Shown: positions 20,622 to 22,469 of the stretch, one piece after another | Position numbering within the stretch: position 1 is the first letter of the stretch | How the letters are laid out: the number at the start of each line of letters is the position of its first letter | Source of the DNA: Tubiluchus corallicola | Taxonomy: Eukaryota > Animalia > Priapulida | Assembly (NCBI GenBank): GCA_030141605.1 | Contig: JAQGDQ010001883.1 | Location: forward strand, 1 to 22,469 | DNA: 22,469 nucleotides | Direction: 5' to 3' | Translations under genes and position numbers: made by a program | Notes under the pieces: generated by a model | What the model was told of the DNA's origin: nothing | Databases searched by the model: none | What the model saw: the letters and a program-made list of their open reading frames with translations, nothing else

Positions 20622-21815
20622 ATGTCAAAAGGAACAGTAATATATATTGGAGGTTTTGAATTACCAGACAAAAATGCAGCAGCTCATAGAGTTCTTAGTA
20701 ATGGGAAAATATTAAGAGAACTCGAATATGATGTTGTATTTGTTTATATTGATAAGTCCTTAAAATTTAATTCTAAAATTTTTGTTACACAAGAAATACA
20801 GAGGTTTAGAAGTTATTGTAGATCGTACCCCAAAACTTATATAGAGTGGCTACATTATCTAACAAACATTGATTTCATAAAAACTTTGAAAGAGAAATAT
20901 AGTGATCTAAAAATGGTTATTGCATACAACTATCAAGCATTAGCATTATGGAGATTAAAAAAATATTGTACAAATAATAATGTAAAGCTTGTAGCTGATT
21001 GTACGGAATGGTATAGCACAAAAGGGAATAATTTATTATTTAAAATTGTAAAAGGCTTAGACTCTTTTATTAGGATGAGAATTGTTCAAAAACAATTAGA
21101 TGGATTGATTGTTATTAGCAAATATCTTGAAAACTATTACAGTGCATGTAAAAATGTTGTTAGGATTCCACCATTAGTAGATATCAATGAAAGTAAATGG
21201 AATGCTAATAATGTTAAAAACTATAAATTGAGTAAAAGCTGGAAGCTTATTTATTCAGGAAATCCCGGAAAAAATAAAGATAATATTAATTATATTATTG
21301 ATAGTCTCTATAAATTAGAAAACTTTAAAAATTATAAAGTAGATATTGTTGGAATAAGTAAAAAACAATTTTTAAAGAACTATCCAAAATATCATGAGAA
21401 AGTTATAATTTTAGATAAAAGAATTAATTTTGTTGGCAAGATTTCACACAAAGAAAGTTTAAAAAAATTAAAAAATGCGGACTATAGTATTTTCATCAGA
21501 GATAAGTCAAGACTTACTATGGCAGGATTTCCAACAAAATTTTCTGAAAGTGTTACTTGCTCAACCCCTGTTATTACAAATAATTTTAGTGATATTAGTG
21601 AGTATTTTATAGATAATTCCCTTGGTTTTTTTATTTCTGATAATTCTTTAGATAAACTGACAAAAATTTTAACAAATATTTTTGAAAAACCTAAAAATTA
21701 TAGAAATAATAAATTTAAAATAGATAGAGAAATATTTTATTATAAAAGATATAAAGACTTACTGAAGGAAATGCTTAGTAATATTTTCAATGAAGAAAAT
21801 AAGATAAAAAAATAA
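20622..21815 (+). CDS. Glycosyltransferase, GT4-like (capsule/EPS/cell-wall polysaccharide)
   Basis: 397 aa; N-terminal YIGGFELPDKNAAAHRV, ADCTEWY, IYSGNPGKNKD and AGFPTKFSE resemble GT4 proteins of polysaccharide loci; RBS AAGGAG at 20606-20611; 1 nt after the upstream stop. Confidence 0.82.
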   Translation: MSKGTVIYIGGFELPDKNAAAHRVLSNGKILRELEYDVVFVYIDKSLKFNSKIFVTQEIQRFRSYCRSYPKTYIEWLHYLTNIDFIKTLKEKYSDLKMVIAYNYQALALWRLKKYCTNNNVKLVADCTEWYSTKGNNLLFKIVKGLDSFIRMRIVQKQLDGLIVISKYLENYYSACKNVVRIPPLVDINESKWNANNVKNYKLSKSWKLIYSGNPGKNKDNINYIIDSLYKLENFKNYKVDIVGISKKQFLKNYPKYHEKVIILDKRINFVGKISHKESLKKLKNADYSIFIRDKSRLTMAGFPTKFSESVTCSTPVITNNFSDISEYFIDNSLGFFISDNSLDKLTKILTNIFEKPKNYRNNKFKIDREIFYYKRYKDLLKEMLSNIFNEENKIKK

Positions 21816-22469
21816 TAAATTTATAGAAAGTGATAATAGTAAAAATATTAAAATAAGCTTATATGAGATGAAAAGTATGCTAGATAAAGATATACTTTGT
21901 TTTATGCGTTTTAAAATTTACATATTGTTTATTTTATACTATTTGGAAAAAATATTTATGGTGCTATATTTAAATTGAAATAATTTATTAACATTGTTTA
22001 GGAAGATACCAAGTTAATATCATAATAAAATTTATAGCAAGAGCATAAGAAAATATAAACTATAGAATTCTACATATATATTAAAAATTAGTGATTTAAG
22101 ATTATATTATTTGCAATAAAAATAAAATGAAAAAGTTAAAAACATGTATATATAATTATGCATTTTAATCACTATAAAAATAGATATCAGATATACGATA
22201 TATAACATTAAATGTAGAATGTTTTAATTATGTTTTGTGTAAGAGGCGAGTTAGGTAATTTAATTGAAAATGTTAACTAGACTTTATACGGAGGTCTAAG
22301 GGTATAATTTGTTAAATTCAAATTAAAATATCAAAGTAAGAAACAAATTGTGAAGGAAAGTTTTCACTAATACCTTATAATAGAAAATTATAAACAATAT
22401 TATATATATGCAAAAAAATGACAACTAAGGAATTAAAATATTTAGAATGAAATAGCTATTACTACAAAA

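Noticed and set aside
20109-20671. Small overlapping ORFs (20109-20291, 20230-20472, 20441-20671)
   Set aside because: Alternative-frame or antisense shadows of the epimerase gene.
22278-22308. Sigma70/SigA promoter TAGACT-N19-TATAAT
   Set aside because: Spacer is too long, the background is very AT-rich and no downstream gene is visible in the window.

Overview
The window has two parts joined abruptly at about 17,576-17,600. Positions 1 to ~17,585 are repeat-rich animal (probably invertebrate) genomic DNA carrying a + strand, intron-containing class B (secretin-family) GPCR gene of the calcitonin/CGRP/DH31 receptor type. Six complete GT-AG exons (3555-3681, 7771-7924, 10379-10448, 12964-13027, 14597-14682, 15571-15703) splice in frame and encode ICL1/TM2 through most of TM7. 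A seventh exon starts at 17576 (GFF...) and is cut off almost at once. From ~17,587 to the end the DNA is AT-rich, Clostridium/Firmicutes-like bacterial sequence from a surface polysaccharide operon: a 5'-truncated GT4 glycosyltransferase, a frameshifted TviB/WbpO-like UDP-HexNAc 6-dehydrogenase, an intact TviC/WbpP-like UDP-GlcNAc 4-epimerase and a second GT4. An assembly or read chimera is the simplest explanation; a real bacterium-to-animal insertion cannot be excluded from sequence alone. The introns hold micro- and minisatellites, including tandem copies of a splice acceptor plus partial exon and of a splice donor. Most short ORFs before 17.5 kb are spurious. No CRISPR array and no convincingly new biological system was found.
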